From Deltaproteobacteria bacterium (GTDB lineage Bacteria; Desulfobacterota; B13-G15; RBG-16-54-18): a stretch of DNA of 64,000 nucleotides. Each line of letters begins with the position of its first letter. The stretch's first letter is position 1. The stretch covers positions 36,506 through 100,505 of the forward strand of contig JAFGNJ010000027.1 of NCBI GenBank assembly GCA_016927065.1. Reading direction: 5' to 3'. A program made the translations under genes and the position numbers. Under the pieces are notes generated by a model. That model was not told the DNA's origin. It did no database searches and saw only the letters and a list, made by a program, of their open reading frames with translations. Below are positions 38,713-48,476 of this stretch, piece after piece.

Positions 38713-39878
38713 AGATCGCCCTTGGCATACGAAATTTTTCTCCCGCCAAGGGTGGGGCTGAAAGATATCTGGTAGAGCTCACACAGTTTCTTGTGCAAGA
38801 GGGGCATGAGGTTCACGTCTTTACGCACAGTTTCGACAAAAGAATAGAAGGCCTTTATCTACATAACGTAACCCTTTTTCCTTTCCCCAAAGGGCTGCGC
38901 ATCCTCTCCTTCGCCTCGAAGTGTCATAAACTCATGAAACGGGATAATTTCGATGTGATCATAGGGGTGGGCAATACCTGGCAGGCAGATCTCTTACAGC
39001 CGCACGGAGGGGTCCATTGGAAATGGTTTTGGCGGAGTTTAAAGGCTTATCAAAGTCCGTGGCTTTGGGGCGCAAAGTTTCTGGGGAGGGTTTTGAGTCC
39101 TAAACAGTGGATTGAAGGGATCGTGGAGGATGCCCCTTATCGTACAGGGGTGAAACAGATTGTAGCCATTTCCGAGATGGTTAAGAGAGATATCGTTGAT
39201 TATTATGGTATTCCCGAGAAGAAAGTAGTGGTGATTTACAATGGTGTTGATACCGAATACTTCCACCCTCGTAACAAAAAATATAGGAAGAAGATCAGAA
39301 GTCAGTATGGTTTAGGCGCACAGGATGTCGTGCTCATATTCGTTGCGCATAACTTCAGGCTTAAAGGATTGCGATGCCTTATTCAGGCCCTACCTTTGAT
39401 TAAGAAAAAGAATGAGAAGATCAAACTTTTGGTGGTAGGCCGTGATAACAACGATCCTTATCGGCGTCTCGCCAAGAAGATGGGATGTGAGAGTGATGTC
39501 TTTTTTGCTGGGGGAGTACGGTATCTTGAGCGATATTATCCGAGTGCGGATATTTTGGTACATCCTACTTTTTACGATGCCTGTTCCTTGGTGGTTCTAG
39601 AGGCCTTGGCCAGTGGGGTGCCGGTGATCACGACGCAATATAATGGTGCAGGGGGAATCATTGCAGATGGGAAGGAAGGGTTTGTATTGGAAGATCCAAG
39701 AAAGGTGGAAATCTTAGCTAAAAAAATCTTGTATTTTGCAGATCCTATAAAGCTTAAAGAGGCCTCGTCTGCTGCCAGAAATTTAGCCAAAAGATATCCG
39801 CTAAAAACGTCTTATGGGGCAATGTTGAAGACCATGCAATCTATTGCGTCTAAAGACTCGCAGTTAAGACAGTTATGA
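38709..39878 (+). CDS. glycosyltransferase family 4 (GT-B fold)
   Basis: GT-B pattern incl. EALASGVPVITT motif; 4-nt overlap upstream. Confidence 0.8.
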   Translation: MKIALGIRNFSPAKGGAERYLVELTQFLVQEGHEVHVFTHSFDKRIEGLYLHNVTLFPFPKGLRILSFASKCHKLMKRDNFDVIIGVGNTWQADLLQPHGGVHWKWFWRSLKAYQSPWLWGAKFLGRVLSPKQWIEGIVEDAPYRTGVKQIVAISEMVKRDIVDYYGIPEKKVVVIYNGVDTEYFHPRNKKYRKKIRSQYGLGAQDVVLIFVAHNFRLKGLRCLIQALPLIKKKNEKIKLLVVGRDNNDPYRRLAKKMGCESDVFFAGGVRYLERYYPSADILVHPTFYDACSLVVLEALASGVPVITTQYNGAGGIIADGKEGFVLEDPRKVEILAKKILYFADPIKLKEASSAARNLAKRYPLKTSYGAMLKTMQSIASKDSQLRQL

Positions 39879-39887
39879 GTTAGGAAG

Positions 39888-40565
39888 ATGAATTTTTTCG
39901 ATTACGGCTTAATTAAATCATTTATTCAGGCATTTCGATACCAAGGGCCGGTAGTGGAGATTGGATCTTTAGTGGTAGACGAAAGTATGAAAGTTTTTGA
40001 TGTGAGGAGTCTATTTCCAAAGAAGAGCTTTTCTGGGGTGGATTTACGGCACGGTGCTGGAGTCGATATCATGGGTGATATTGAAGGATTACCCTTTCAG
40101 CAACATTCTATTGGTACGCTCCTGTGTCTTGACACCATCGAGCATGTCTGGGATGTCCATGCCGCTTTTAAAGAGATAAAAAGGGTATTAAAAAAGGATG
40201 GAATCGCCGTGATTTCCTCCGTATTCAATTTTAAGATTCACGCGTGTCCCCACGATTTTTGGCGGTTTACCCCTGAAGCCTTAGATAGACTCACCAAGGG
40301 TTTCCCGTACAAAATCTTAGGATATCAAGGATATCGAAAACGACCGAGGCATGTTTTTACCGTCGTCTTTGGCAAGGAGTATCGCACTCAAGATATTGAG
40401 AGTCAGATAACGGAATTTAAAAAGTTACTTCAAGGAGAGGCAGTTAGATATTTTTCGGTCTTTGACAGGATGCGTCACTATATTGCTAGCCTCTTTGCCA
40501 AGAAACCGCTCATGGATTTTAGGTACTATAACCACATAGAGGTTCTTCACAAGATTAAGGTTTGA
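39888..40565 (+). CDS. class I SAM-dependent methyltransferase
   Basis: Methyltransferase-fold motifs (VEIGS..., LDTIEHVWD, LKKDGIAVIS). Confidence 0.65.
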   Translation: MNFFDYGLIKSFIQAFRYQGPVVEIGSLVVDESMKVFDVRSLFPKKSFSGVDLRHGAGVDIMGDIEGLPFQQHSIGTLLCLDTIEHVWDVHAAFKEIKRVLKKDGIAVISSVFNFKIHACPHDFWRFTPEALDRLTKGFPYKILGYQGYRKRPRHVFTVVFGKEYRTQDIESQITEFKKLLQGEAVRYFSVFDRMRHYIASLFAKKPLMDFRYYNHIEVLHKIKV

Positions 40566-40592
40566 TTATTCCCTACATTAGGGGAGATTGCC

Positions 40593-41180
40593 ATGAATGT
40601 GACAAAAGCAATAAAAAGGACAATTATTCCTCCTGACCCCTTTTTTATGAATAACAACAAGCTTTATAAAAAGTATCAAATTGGCGATTGGACATATGGT
40701 ACCCCTAAGGTGTTCTCATGGCGTGAAGGTACGACCTTAAAGATTGGACGGTTCTGTGCAATTGCTGATGGTGTAATAATTTTATTGGGCGGAGAACACA
40801 GGATAGATTGGGTGACCACCTACCCGTTTACTAAGCTCTTTCCGAAGGCCAAGGGGTTTACGGGCCATCCTCGTTCCAGAGGTAATGTTATTATAAAAAA
40901 TGATGTGTGGATTGGTACAGATGCATTAATCCTATCGGGCGTTACGATAGGTAACGGCGCTGTGATAGCTGCCCGTAGTGTTGTCAAGGAAAATGTGTTA
41001 CCTTATTCAATAGTTGCTGGGAATCCAGCAAAGCATATTAAGTTTCGGTTTAGTAAGTCAATAATAGATGATTTACAGAAAATTGCGTGGTGGAATTGGC
41101 CTTTGTCAAAAATTGAGGAAGCATGGCCATTGTTGCTTTCGTCGGATATAGGAGCATTTGTAGACAAGTATAAAGCGTGA
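40593..41180 (+). CDS. hexapeptide-repeat acetyltransferase (left-handed beta-helix)
   Basis: Hexapeptide repeats VWIGTDALILSGVTIGNGAVIAARSVV, NPAKHI C-terminus. Confidence 0.8.
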   Translation: MNVTKAIKRTIIPPDPFFMNNNKLYKKYQIGDWTYGTPKVFSWREGTTLKIGRFCAIADGVIILLGGEHRIDWVTTYPFTKLFPKAKGFTGHPRSRGNVIIKNDVWIGTDALILSGVTIGNGAVIAARSVVKENVLPYSIVAGNPAKHIKFRFSKSIIDDLQKIAWWNWPLSKIEEAWPLLLSSDIGAFVDKYKA

Positions 41181-41318
41181 ACACTGTTTGATGCTTTTGA
41201 CGATCAATATGTACATGCAAAAATTATTATAGCAAAATTGAAAAATTAAGAATGAGATCGTCAAAAAAGTTTCTAACGATCAACAGAGATGCCATGATTT
41301 TGTAATAACTAAGGTGAT

Positions 41319-41930
41319 TTGATGATAACTTGGAGTCAGCTTGTCAAAGGTCGCGATCAGATCCACGAGCGCTATCCTACGATATGGGGACTAATGTTGA
41401 TCAAAAGGCCCTCCAGATTGGCAAAGAGTAGGTATGCGCATCCGCGATGTGGGGAGAATAGAAGAATTGACAATAGAGTGAAACATATTTATCCTGATAT
41501 CTGTTATGAAAATATGTATGAAGATCAAAAATTGCTTCATGATTATTAGTCATTAGATGCGATTGATGGGTAATTTGATCTCATTATACTTTTGAAAGCC
41601 ATAGAACATTTGGAGCTGGGAGAAGGGATGACGATGTTAAGCCGGCTCAATGAATTGCTCGTAGATGGAGGTAGGTTGGTTATCAGTGCTCCCAATATTT
41701 TTAACCCCAGCCGGTTTTGGTTTAAAGCGACTCACAAGGTAGCCTATAGCTATGAAGAGTTGGGAGGGATTGTACTTGGTCAGAGCTTTGATGTATCGGG
41801 AATTTATCGTACCTCTAATGATTCCTTTTTAAAGTATTTTTGGCGTCTTACCCTCATTTGTTTCCCGCCTAGAATTTTATATAAGGATTTTGTCAAATCA
41901 ATTCTTATTACGACCTGCAAAAGAGGTTGA
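41319..41930 (+). pseudogene. decayed copy of the locus-specific methyltransferase paralog (intact at 44697 and 47091)
   Basis: Two short ORFs with near-identical nucleotide stretches to 44697..45335 but missing the SAM-binding middle and broken frame. Confidence 0.6.
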
Positions 41931-42016
41931 TCTATAGTTCATCGCAAGGTGTGAGTGGATAAGAACATGATAGAAGCCAATCACTTGATTAAAAAACTCT
42001 TAAAAGGAGATAACAG

Positions 42017-42736
42017 GTGAATGTGAAAGAACTTTCAATTTTTATCAATAACACCCAAAGAGACTTGTACAATTTTATTTATCAAAAAATTTTTGTTAAT
42101 TTTAAATTAAAGAAAAATGTCATTGACCATTTTCATAAACTTTATTATGAATCACATAAAGTAACTTGGGAAAACACATTTTGGTTAGGTATTCAAGCCC
42201 ATAAATGCCCTTTAGATCTCTGGATTTACCAAGAGATTATCTTTGAGATTAAGCCAGATATAATAATAGAATGTGGAACATTTCATGGTGGAAGTGCTTT
42301 GTTTTTAGCATCTATATGTGATTTGTTAAATAAGGGGAAAATTATTTCTATAGATATAGAAAACAAAAAAGACAGACCAAAACATGAAAGAATCACATAT
42401 TTACTTGGTTCTTCAACTTCTGAAGAAATCGTAGAGAAAGTTCAAATCTTCATAAAAAACATTGATAGGATTATGGTCATTTTGGATTCAGATCATAGCA
42501 AAGAACATGTCCTAAGGGAATTAGAAATTTATAGTAAATTTGTGACAAAAGGCAGTTATATCATTGTTGAGGACACAAACATTAATGGCCATCCTATAGG
42601 ACCAGACTTTGGGCCAGGTCCGATGGAGGCAGTTAAGGAATTTTTAAAGATGAAAAGAGATTTTGCCATAGATAAGTCAAGAGAAAAATTTTATCTAACT
42701 TTTAATCCAGATGGATATCTCAAAAGGGTAAGATGA
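42017..42736 (+). CDS. CmcI-family (cephalosporin hydroxylase-like) sugar O-methyltransferase
   Basis: ECGTFHGGSALFLA motif; strongly AT-rich coding; GTG start. Confidence 0.65.
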   Translation: MNVKELSIFINNTQRDLYNFIYQKIFVNFKLKKNVIDHFHKLYYESHKVTWENTFWLGIQAHKCPLDLWIYQEIIFEIKPDIIIECGTFHGGSALFLASICDLLNKGKIISIDIENKKDRPKHERITYLLGSSTSEEIVEKVQIFIKNIDRIMVILDSDHSKEHVLRELEIYSKFVTKGSYIIVEDTNINGHPIGPDFGPGPMEAVKEFLKMKRDFAIDKSREKFYLTFNPDGYLKRVR

Positions 42737-42803
42737 CAAGAAGAAAATACTTTTTCGTCTGAACTACCAAAAGAAGATATCTTTTTATCTGAACTATTGT
42801 GAA

Positions 42804-43463
42804 ATGGATAGTAAACGAAGGAACTTATATTATTTCAGCGTTCGAAATGATCTTATCCGACTTATCCCTCTCCATGCAAAACGAATTTTAGAAGTGGGAT
42901 GTGCAGGTGGTATGACCGGGAAAGCATTAAGGGAGAAAGGATTTAAAGAAATTGTAGGTATTGAGGTCAATAGAAAAATCGCTCAAAAAGGGAAATTGTA
43001 TTACGATAAATTAATTATTGGAGATGTAGAGAAAATAAAACTTCCATTTGAAAAAGGGCATTTCGATTGTATTCTATATGGTGATGTCTTAGAGCATTTG
43101 GTGGATCCGTGGAAAGTGTTAAAAGAGCACAACGCATTGTTAAAGTTGGAGGGGGTCATTATCTGTAGTATCCCGAACGTACGACATTACAAGATTATCA
43201 AAAAACTGGTCTTCAGTGGAACTTGGGAGTATACTGAGTATGGGATATTGGATAGAACCCATCTCCGTTTTTTCACACTGGATTCAATTAGAAAGATGTT
43301 AAGAGAGACGGGTTTTGAGATCAGAGATTTGATAAAGCGCCCTTCGGGCGCAAAATGGTTGAAGGTTTTAAATCGACTTTTAAAGAATCTAATAATTAAT
43401 TTTTTGGTGGGGCAATATACGGTTGTGGCGGTAAAAAGAGAAGAGGCGGAAGGTAGCGTATAG
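42804..43463 (+). CDS. class I SAM-dependent methyltransferase
   Basis: Motif I ILEVGCAGGMTG, motif post-II GDVLEHLVDP. Confidence 0.8.
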   Translation: MDSKRRNLYYFSVRNDLIRLIPLHAKRILEVGCAGGMTGKALREKGFKEIVGIEVNRKIAQKGKLYYDKLIIGDVEKIKLPFEKGHFDCILYGDVLEHLVDPWKVLKEHNALLKLEGVIICSIPNVRHYKIIKKLVFSGTWEYTEYGILDRTHLRFFTLDSIRKMLRETGFEIRDLIKRPSGAKWLKVLNRLLKNLIINFLVGQYTVVAVKREEAEGSV

Positions 43464-43626
43464 TCAAGATGGGCATTTCGGCTCGATGTTAAAAAAAATT
43501 GCTTGCATCTCGCTGATCTCCTTGATGCGACAATTTTTGATATTTTGATATTAATATTTTTAAAAATAGTTCGTATGAGGGGTCATATAACTTCTCATTT
43601 GACAAATCTTCTTCGAACGGGCAAAG

Positions 43627-44538
43627 ATGGCTGAACTTCAGGTAAGCATTGTCATTCCATGCTACAATAGCGCAAAATTTATTGATACAACCTTGCAAGC
43701 AGTATTCAATAGTACTTACAAGGACTTCGAGGTACTAGTTATAGACGATGGTTCCACAGATGGTACCAAGAAGGTTTTACAAGAGAAAGGTTGGATCAAA
43801 AAGGTCCGATACGTTTACCAGGAAAACAAAGGCATAGCTGGTGCACGCAATGCGGGGATTACAATCGCTCAAGGGAAATACATAAGTCTTTTAGATCATG
43901 ATGACCAACCGTTACCTGAAAAATTGGAAAGAATGGTTTCTTACCTGAATAACCACCCTGAATTTAAGATGGCTTACTCGCCATGTATTATTGAACGTAT
44001 TGATAAAGGTGGAGAGCGCTATAAACAGGGTATATACTCATCACATACGCCCCGTTGGCTTCGAAACAAGTATGAAGGTGATCTTTTTGAAAATCTATTT
44101 TATATGCGCATTCTTATTACCAGTGTTCTTATGTATAAGGAGGCGGCTTTGGCCGTCGGTCTTTTTGACGAAACCTTTAAGGTATGTGAAGATCTAGAGT
44201 TCTACTTGAGATTTGGCGCACAGTATAGAATTGGTTTTATTAAAGAACCTTGCAATGTTCATATCGAACACTTTTCAAATAGCAGCAAGCATTTTGCCGA
44301 TTTATACCCTACCTATGCAATTCTTGCGTATAATCGTCACTATCAAAGCCTAAAAAAGAAAAGTTCCAGGGCCGAAAAGATTTATCGTGAGCGCATGACA
44401 GCTGCCTACAGAGGGCTTGCAGACGTATCATTAAAGAACGACAATAGAAAGGGCGCAAGAAAATATGCTGTTGATGCAATCCGCATGAATCCATACCATC
44501 CGAAATATTATTTTAAAATGTTTAAAACTTGGCTATGA
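43627..44538 (+). CDS. glycosyltransferase family 2
   Basis: VSIVIPCYNSAKFI...VLVIDDGSTDGT, DxD-like DHDD. Confidence 0.85.
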   Translation: MAELQVSIVIPCYNSAKFIDTTLQAVFNSTYKDFEVLVIDDGSTDGTKKVLQEKGWIKKVRYVYQENKGIAGARNAGITIAQGKYISLLDHDDQPLPEKLERMVSYLNNHPEFKMAYSPCIIERIDKGGERYKQGIYSSHTPRWLRNKYEGDLFENLFYMRILITSVLMYKEAALAVGLFDETFKVCEDLEFYLRFGAQYRIGFIKEPCNVHIEHFSNSSKHFADLYPTYAILAYNRHYQSLKKKSSRAEKIYRERMTAAYRGLADVSLKNDNRKGARKYAVDAIRMNPYHPKYYFKMFKTWL

Positions 44539-44696
44539 ATTGAGCAAGAAAGTGTTCTTGGAAATTTTTGATATTGGGAAATATGTTCAACATCATCTGG
44601 TAAACAGAAGAACAAGCTAGCTTTTTAGTACAAAAGTGTTTTAATAAACTATCCTACACTGAGTTAGTAAGAAACAGACAAATATAGAGGGGTAGT

Positions 44697-45335
44697 ATGT
44701 TAGATATGTTATATTGGAGTCAGCTTGTCAAAGGTCGCGATCAGATCCACGAACGATATCCTACGATATGGGGTTTACGGTTAATCAAGAGACCCTCCAG
44801 GTTGGTTAAAACCCTTCTTCGTCCAGGTATGCGCATCCTTGATGTCGGCGCGAGTGACAGAAGGATGGAGAGAGGAATTAAGGAGATTTACCCTAACGTT
44901 ATTTACAAAAGCATGGATGTTGATCGCGGATTGCCTCATGATTATTATACTTTGGATGGAATAAATGAGCAGTTCGATCTTATTATGCTTTTTGAAGTTA
45001 TAGAGCATCTGGAGTTGGAAGTAGGGATAAAAATGTTAAGTCGGCTCAATGAATTGCTCGTACATGGAGGTAGGTTGGTTATCAGTACTCCCAATATTTT
45101 TAACCCCAGCCGATTTTGGTTCGATGCGACTCACAAGGTAGCCTATAGCTATGAAGAGTTGGGAGGGATTTTGCTTGGTCAGGGGTTTGAAGTACTGGAT
45201 ATCTACCGCACCTTTAACGCTTCATTTCCAAAGTATTTTGTGCGCCTCACCCTTTTCTACCCCTTGCATAGGATTTTAAATGTAGATTTTGCCAAGTCTA
45301 TTGTATTTCTGGCCCAAAAAAGAGGGAACCGGTGA
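44697..45335 (+). CDS. methyltransferase-fold protein, locus-specific paralog family (copy 2)
   Basis: ILDVGASDRRMERG motif I-like, EVIEHLE motif; paralog of 47091 and of the decayed copy at 41319. Confidence 0.65.
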   Translation: MLDMLYWSQLVKGRDQIHERYPTIWGLRLIKRPSRLVKTLLRPGMRILDVGASDRRMERGIKEIYPNVIYKSMDVDRGLPHDYYTLDGINEQFDLIMLFEVIEHLELEVGIKMLSRLNELLVHGGRLVISTPNIFNPSRFWFDATHKVAYSYEELGGILLGQGFEVLDIYRTFNASFPKYFVRLTLFYPLHRILNVDFAKSIVFLAQKRGNR

Positions 45336-45380
45336 TGAGAAAATATTACCTTCATATACCAACAGCAAGCAGAGTGATGT

Positions 45381-45986
45381 ATGCGCATTGCTTATAAACT
45401 ATCAAAATTCTTTTTTAAATTGGCCAATCAAAAGCAGGTTATCGAATGGGTAAAAATATATGGTGCGTTTGATAAGACTAATTACGAAGATTATACAATA
45501 CGCAATCTTAAGAGCGAGTCCTCAATCTACCATGGCGAGCTTATTAAATGGGCACAAGACATTATGCCTTCTCCTCGCAAAGTTTTACTATCAGGTGATT
45601 GCAACAACCCCGCACAATTTGTGCAGGAAAAAATTCGAGCTAAGGAGATGTACACAGCAGGTCTATTAGATGTTGATTTCAAATGGGGTTTCGATGAAGA
45701 TCCTCCCACAATGGGCCAGTTTGACCTTATTATCAGTCAAGCAATTTTGGAGCATCTGCTAAATCCTTATAAGCATATGCACGATCTGGCTGGTCTTTTG
45801 GTGCCTGATGGTTATTTGATAGTGCATACTGTAATCCCTGGTTTTTGATATCATCGATATCCTATTGATGCCTTTCGTTTTTTCCCTGACTGGTTTGAAG
45901 AAATAGCGAAGAGGTTAAATTTTTCGATAGTTAAAAAAAGAATCAAACGGACCCACATATTTTATATGTATAAAAAAATCAGTTAA
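45381..45986 (+). pseudogene. methyltransferase-fold-like ORF interrupted by an in-frame TGA at 45846-45848
   Basis: Reading frame continues through the TGA for 45 more codons to TAA at 45984; TGA replaces a likely Trp codon. Confidence 0.5.
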
Positions 45987-46060
45987 GAGCAGGAAAGATT
46001 TGAATGTAGAAGAGCTTTGATTTGCTATGTGTATTATAAAACTAAGACACAAGGGTGACA

Positions 46061-47044
46061 ATGAAGGTAACCATCTTACTCTCGCGTAATGCTGGTACAA
46101 GATATCGATTTCCTCAGTTTATACAAGCCCTTACCAGAGAAGGAATACAGGCAGAAATATATAGGTTTCAATCTTCTCTTCCACTTTTTCTTAAGTTGTT
46201 ACAAGATTTGAAGAAAGCAGATATCGTAGTAATATTGAGAAAACTCTTATCACCATGGAAACAGCAGTTAATCCGAAGATTCGCAAAAAAAATTGTTTTT
46301 GAATATGATGATTCAATTATGTATCGATCTTCACGTTGGGAGAATCAATACTCCCGTACCCGGAGAGCACGATTTAAAGATATGGTGAAGATATGCGACC
46401 TCATCATTGCTGGCAATCAATTTCTCAAGGGAGAAGCGACGAAGTACGTGAATGAGGAAAAAGTGCATGTTATACCCACGGTCGTTGATATTGAAAGATA
46501 TGTACGAAAGCAATATCATGATTCAAAAGATGAAGTGATAATTGGCTGGTTTGGAAGCAAGGGGACCCTCTATTACCTCAAGAAACTTGTTCCGGCGCTT
46601 ACAGAAATCGGCAAAAGATTTCCCTTTGCTCAATTGAAGATCGTATGCAATGATTTTCTTGATATCCCCAATATGAAAGTGATAAAAAAAGAATGGTCAG
46701 AAACGGATGAGGTTGCTGATCTTCAGAGCTTTGATATCGGGTTGGGTCCTTTGACGGATGATGTATGGACACGAGGTAAGTGTGGTCTGAAACTGGTTCA
46801 ATATCTAGCAGTGGGGATCCCAGTCATTTGTTCCCCGGTAGGAGCGAATAAGGAAATTGTTAGCGATGGTGATGTTGGATTATGGGCCCGGGATACGCGG
46901 GAATGGATAGAGAAACTTAGTTTACTCATTGAAAAACCAGAGATGAGAAAAAAGATGGGGGAAAAAGGAAGAGAGAGAATAGAGAAGCAATATTCTCTTC
47001 AGGCCGTTGCCCCTAAATTAATTGATATACTAAGCAGATTGTGA
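46061..47044 (+). CDS. GT-B fold glycosyltransferase (GT4-like), paralog of 48477
   Basis: Similarity to 48477 protein (YSRTR...FLK..A.K, WFGSKGTLYYL vs WIGDHGSIHYL); ATG 46061 preceded by AAGGGTGA. Confidence 0.75.
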   Translation: MKVTILLSRNAGTRYRFPQFIQALTREGIQAEIYRFQSSLPLFLKLLQDLKKADIVVILRKLLSPWKQQLIRRFAKKIVFEYDDSIMYRSSRWENQYSRTRRARFKDMVKICDLIIAGNQFLKGEATKYVNEEKVHVIPTVVDIERYVRKQYHDSKDEVIIGWFGSKGTLYYLKKLVPALTEIGKRFPFAQLKIVCNDFLDIPNMKVIKKEWSETDEVADLQSFDIGLGPLTDDVWTRGKCGLKLVQYLAVGIPVICSPVGANKEIVSDGDVGLWARDTREWIEKLSLLIEKPEMRKKMGEKGRERIEKQYSLQAVAPKLIDILSRL

Positions 47045-47090
47045 AATATCTTTTTAAGATAATTGGAATGTCTATTTCCAAGGAATAACG

Positions 47091-47741
47091 ATGTTGGACT
47101 GGAGTCAAATAATTCATTATCGTGATCAAATTCATGAACGTTATCGGAAGATATGGAACATTCCTTTGATTAAGAGACGGTTTAGCCTCTTAGAGAGAAA
47201 CATTCGTCCTGGGATGCGCCTTCTCGATGTGGGGGCTGGAGAGCGAGGGATGGAAGATAAGATCGTGAAAAAACACAATGGAGTAATATACAAAAGTATG
47301 GACATAGATCGTCGTCTCCACCATGACTATTACTCGCTAGATGATATTGATGAACAGTTTGATCTTGTTTTGCTCCTCGATGTCATTGAGCATGTGGAGT
47401 TGGAGGAAGGGGTGAAGATGTTACAGCGAATCAATGAACTCCTCGTCGATGGTGGGAATTTGATTATCAATACGCCGAACATATTTAATCCTAATCGTTT
47501 TTGGTTAGATGCTACTCATAAAGTGGCATACAGCTATGAGGAGCTGGGTGGTATCTTGCTCAGCCAAAGCTTCGATGTGTTGGAAATCTATCGTACCTAT
47601 AATGATTCATTCCCAAAGTATATTCTCCGCCTTACACTTTGTTATCCCCTGCATAGAATGTTAAATGTTGATTTTGCAAAATCTATTATAATCTTGGCGA
47701 GCAAGAAGAAGGATACTGTAGAAGTACGGGTGTCTGAATGA
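47091..47741 (+). CDS. methyltransferase-fold protein, locus-specific paralog family (copy 3)
   Basis: Full-length similarity to 44697 protein; LLDVGAGERGMED motif I. Confidence 0.65.
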   Translation: MLDWSQIIHYRDQIHERYRKIWNIPLIKRRFSLLERNIRPGMRLLDVGAGERGMEDKIVKKHNGVIYKSMDIDRRLHHDYYSLDDIDEQFDLVLLLDVIEHVELEEGVKMLQRINELLVDGGNLIINTPNIFNPNRFWLDATHKVAYSYEELGGILLSQSFDVLEIYRTYNDSFPKYILRLTLCYPLHRMLNVDFAKSIIILASKKKDTVEVRVSE

Positions 47742-48469
47742 GCGTTAGTAGAATAAGGGCCCATAATTTGGTAATAGAAATCCTGAAAAATGCGGGAAAG
47801 CCAGGAAAAATTCTGGATGCTCCTGCGGGAACCGGTACAATATCTAAAACATTGCAGGATGCAGGATTTGAAGTCTATGCCGCTGATATAACACCTGAGT
47901 TGTTTAAGCTTCCAGATATTCATTGTGAGAAGGCAGACCTCAATTCCCGTCTCCCTTATAAGGATGGATTTTTTGATTATATTTTAAATTCCAATGGTAT
48001 TGAACATCTGGAGGACCAGTATAATTTTGTCCGGGAGTGTTACCGGATTCTAAAGCCAAACGGCAAACTACTTATCACGACCCCTAATATCCTGAACTTA
48101 AAAGCGCGGGTTGCATATATGTTACTTGGCTTCCATACGTTTCATGATAGACCCCACGATGAAGTAGGTGATTACGAGGGCGGCGGGCATATTAATATGG
48201 CCTCCTACTTCGATTTGCGAGTAAATCTGCACAGAAACGGGTTTAAAATCATCTCAATTTCAACGCATATGTACAGTGCTACTGCTCTGTTTTTTTCCTT
48301 TCTTGTTCCGTTTGTGTATGTGATGATGTTTAAATCCTTTAAGAGAGAAAAGAATAGAGAACAGAGAGTGAGGAACAAAGACATCGCAAAACATGTTTTA
48401 TCAGCCGATCTTCTGTTTGGTAAAAAGCTTTTTGTGCTCGCAGAAAAAGATCACCGTTATAAAAAATAG
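47738..48469 (+). CDS. class I SAM-dependent methyltransferase
   Basis: Motif I ILDAPAGTGTIS, YRILKPNGKLLITTPN. Confidence 0.8.
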   Translation: MSVSRIRAHNLVIEILKNAGKPGKILDAPAGTGTISKTLQDAGFEVYAADITPELFKLPDIHCEKADLNSRLPYKDGFFDYILNSNGIEHLEDQYNFVRECYRILKPNGKLLITTPNILNLKARVAYMLLGFHTFHDRPHDEVGDYEGGGHINMASYFDLRVNLHRNGFKIISISTHMYSATALFFSFLVPFVYVMMFKSFKREKNREQRVRNKDIAKHVLSADLLFGKKLFVLAEKDHRYKK

Positions 48470-48476
48470 TTACGCT

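Noticed and set aside
41204-41264. Inverted repeat TGACGATC...GATCGTCA as a mobile-element terminal repeat
   Set aside because: Only 8 bp, separated by about 45 nt of AT-rich sequence, with no transposase nearby; more likely chance.
45846-45848. In-frame TGA as a selenocysteine codon
   Set aside because: Only a weak 6-bp AT-rich palindrome follows (GATATCATCGATATC), methyltransferases are not typical selenoproteins, and TGG to TGA is a single transition; nonsense mutation or sequencing error is more parsimonious.
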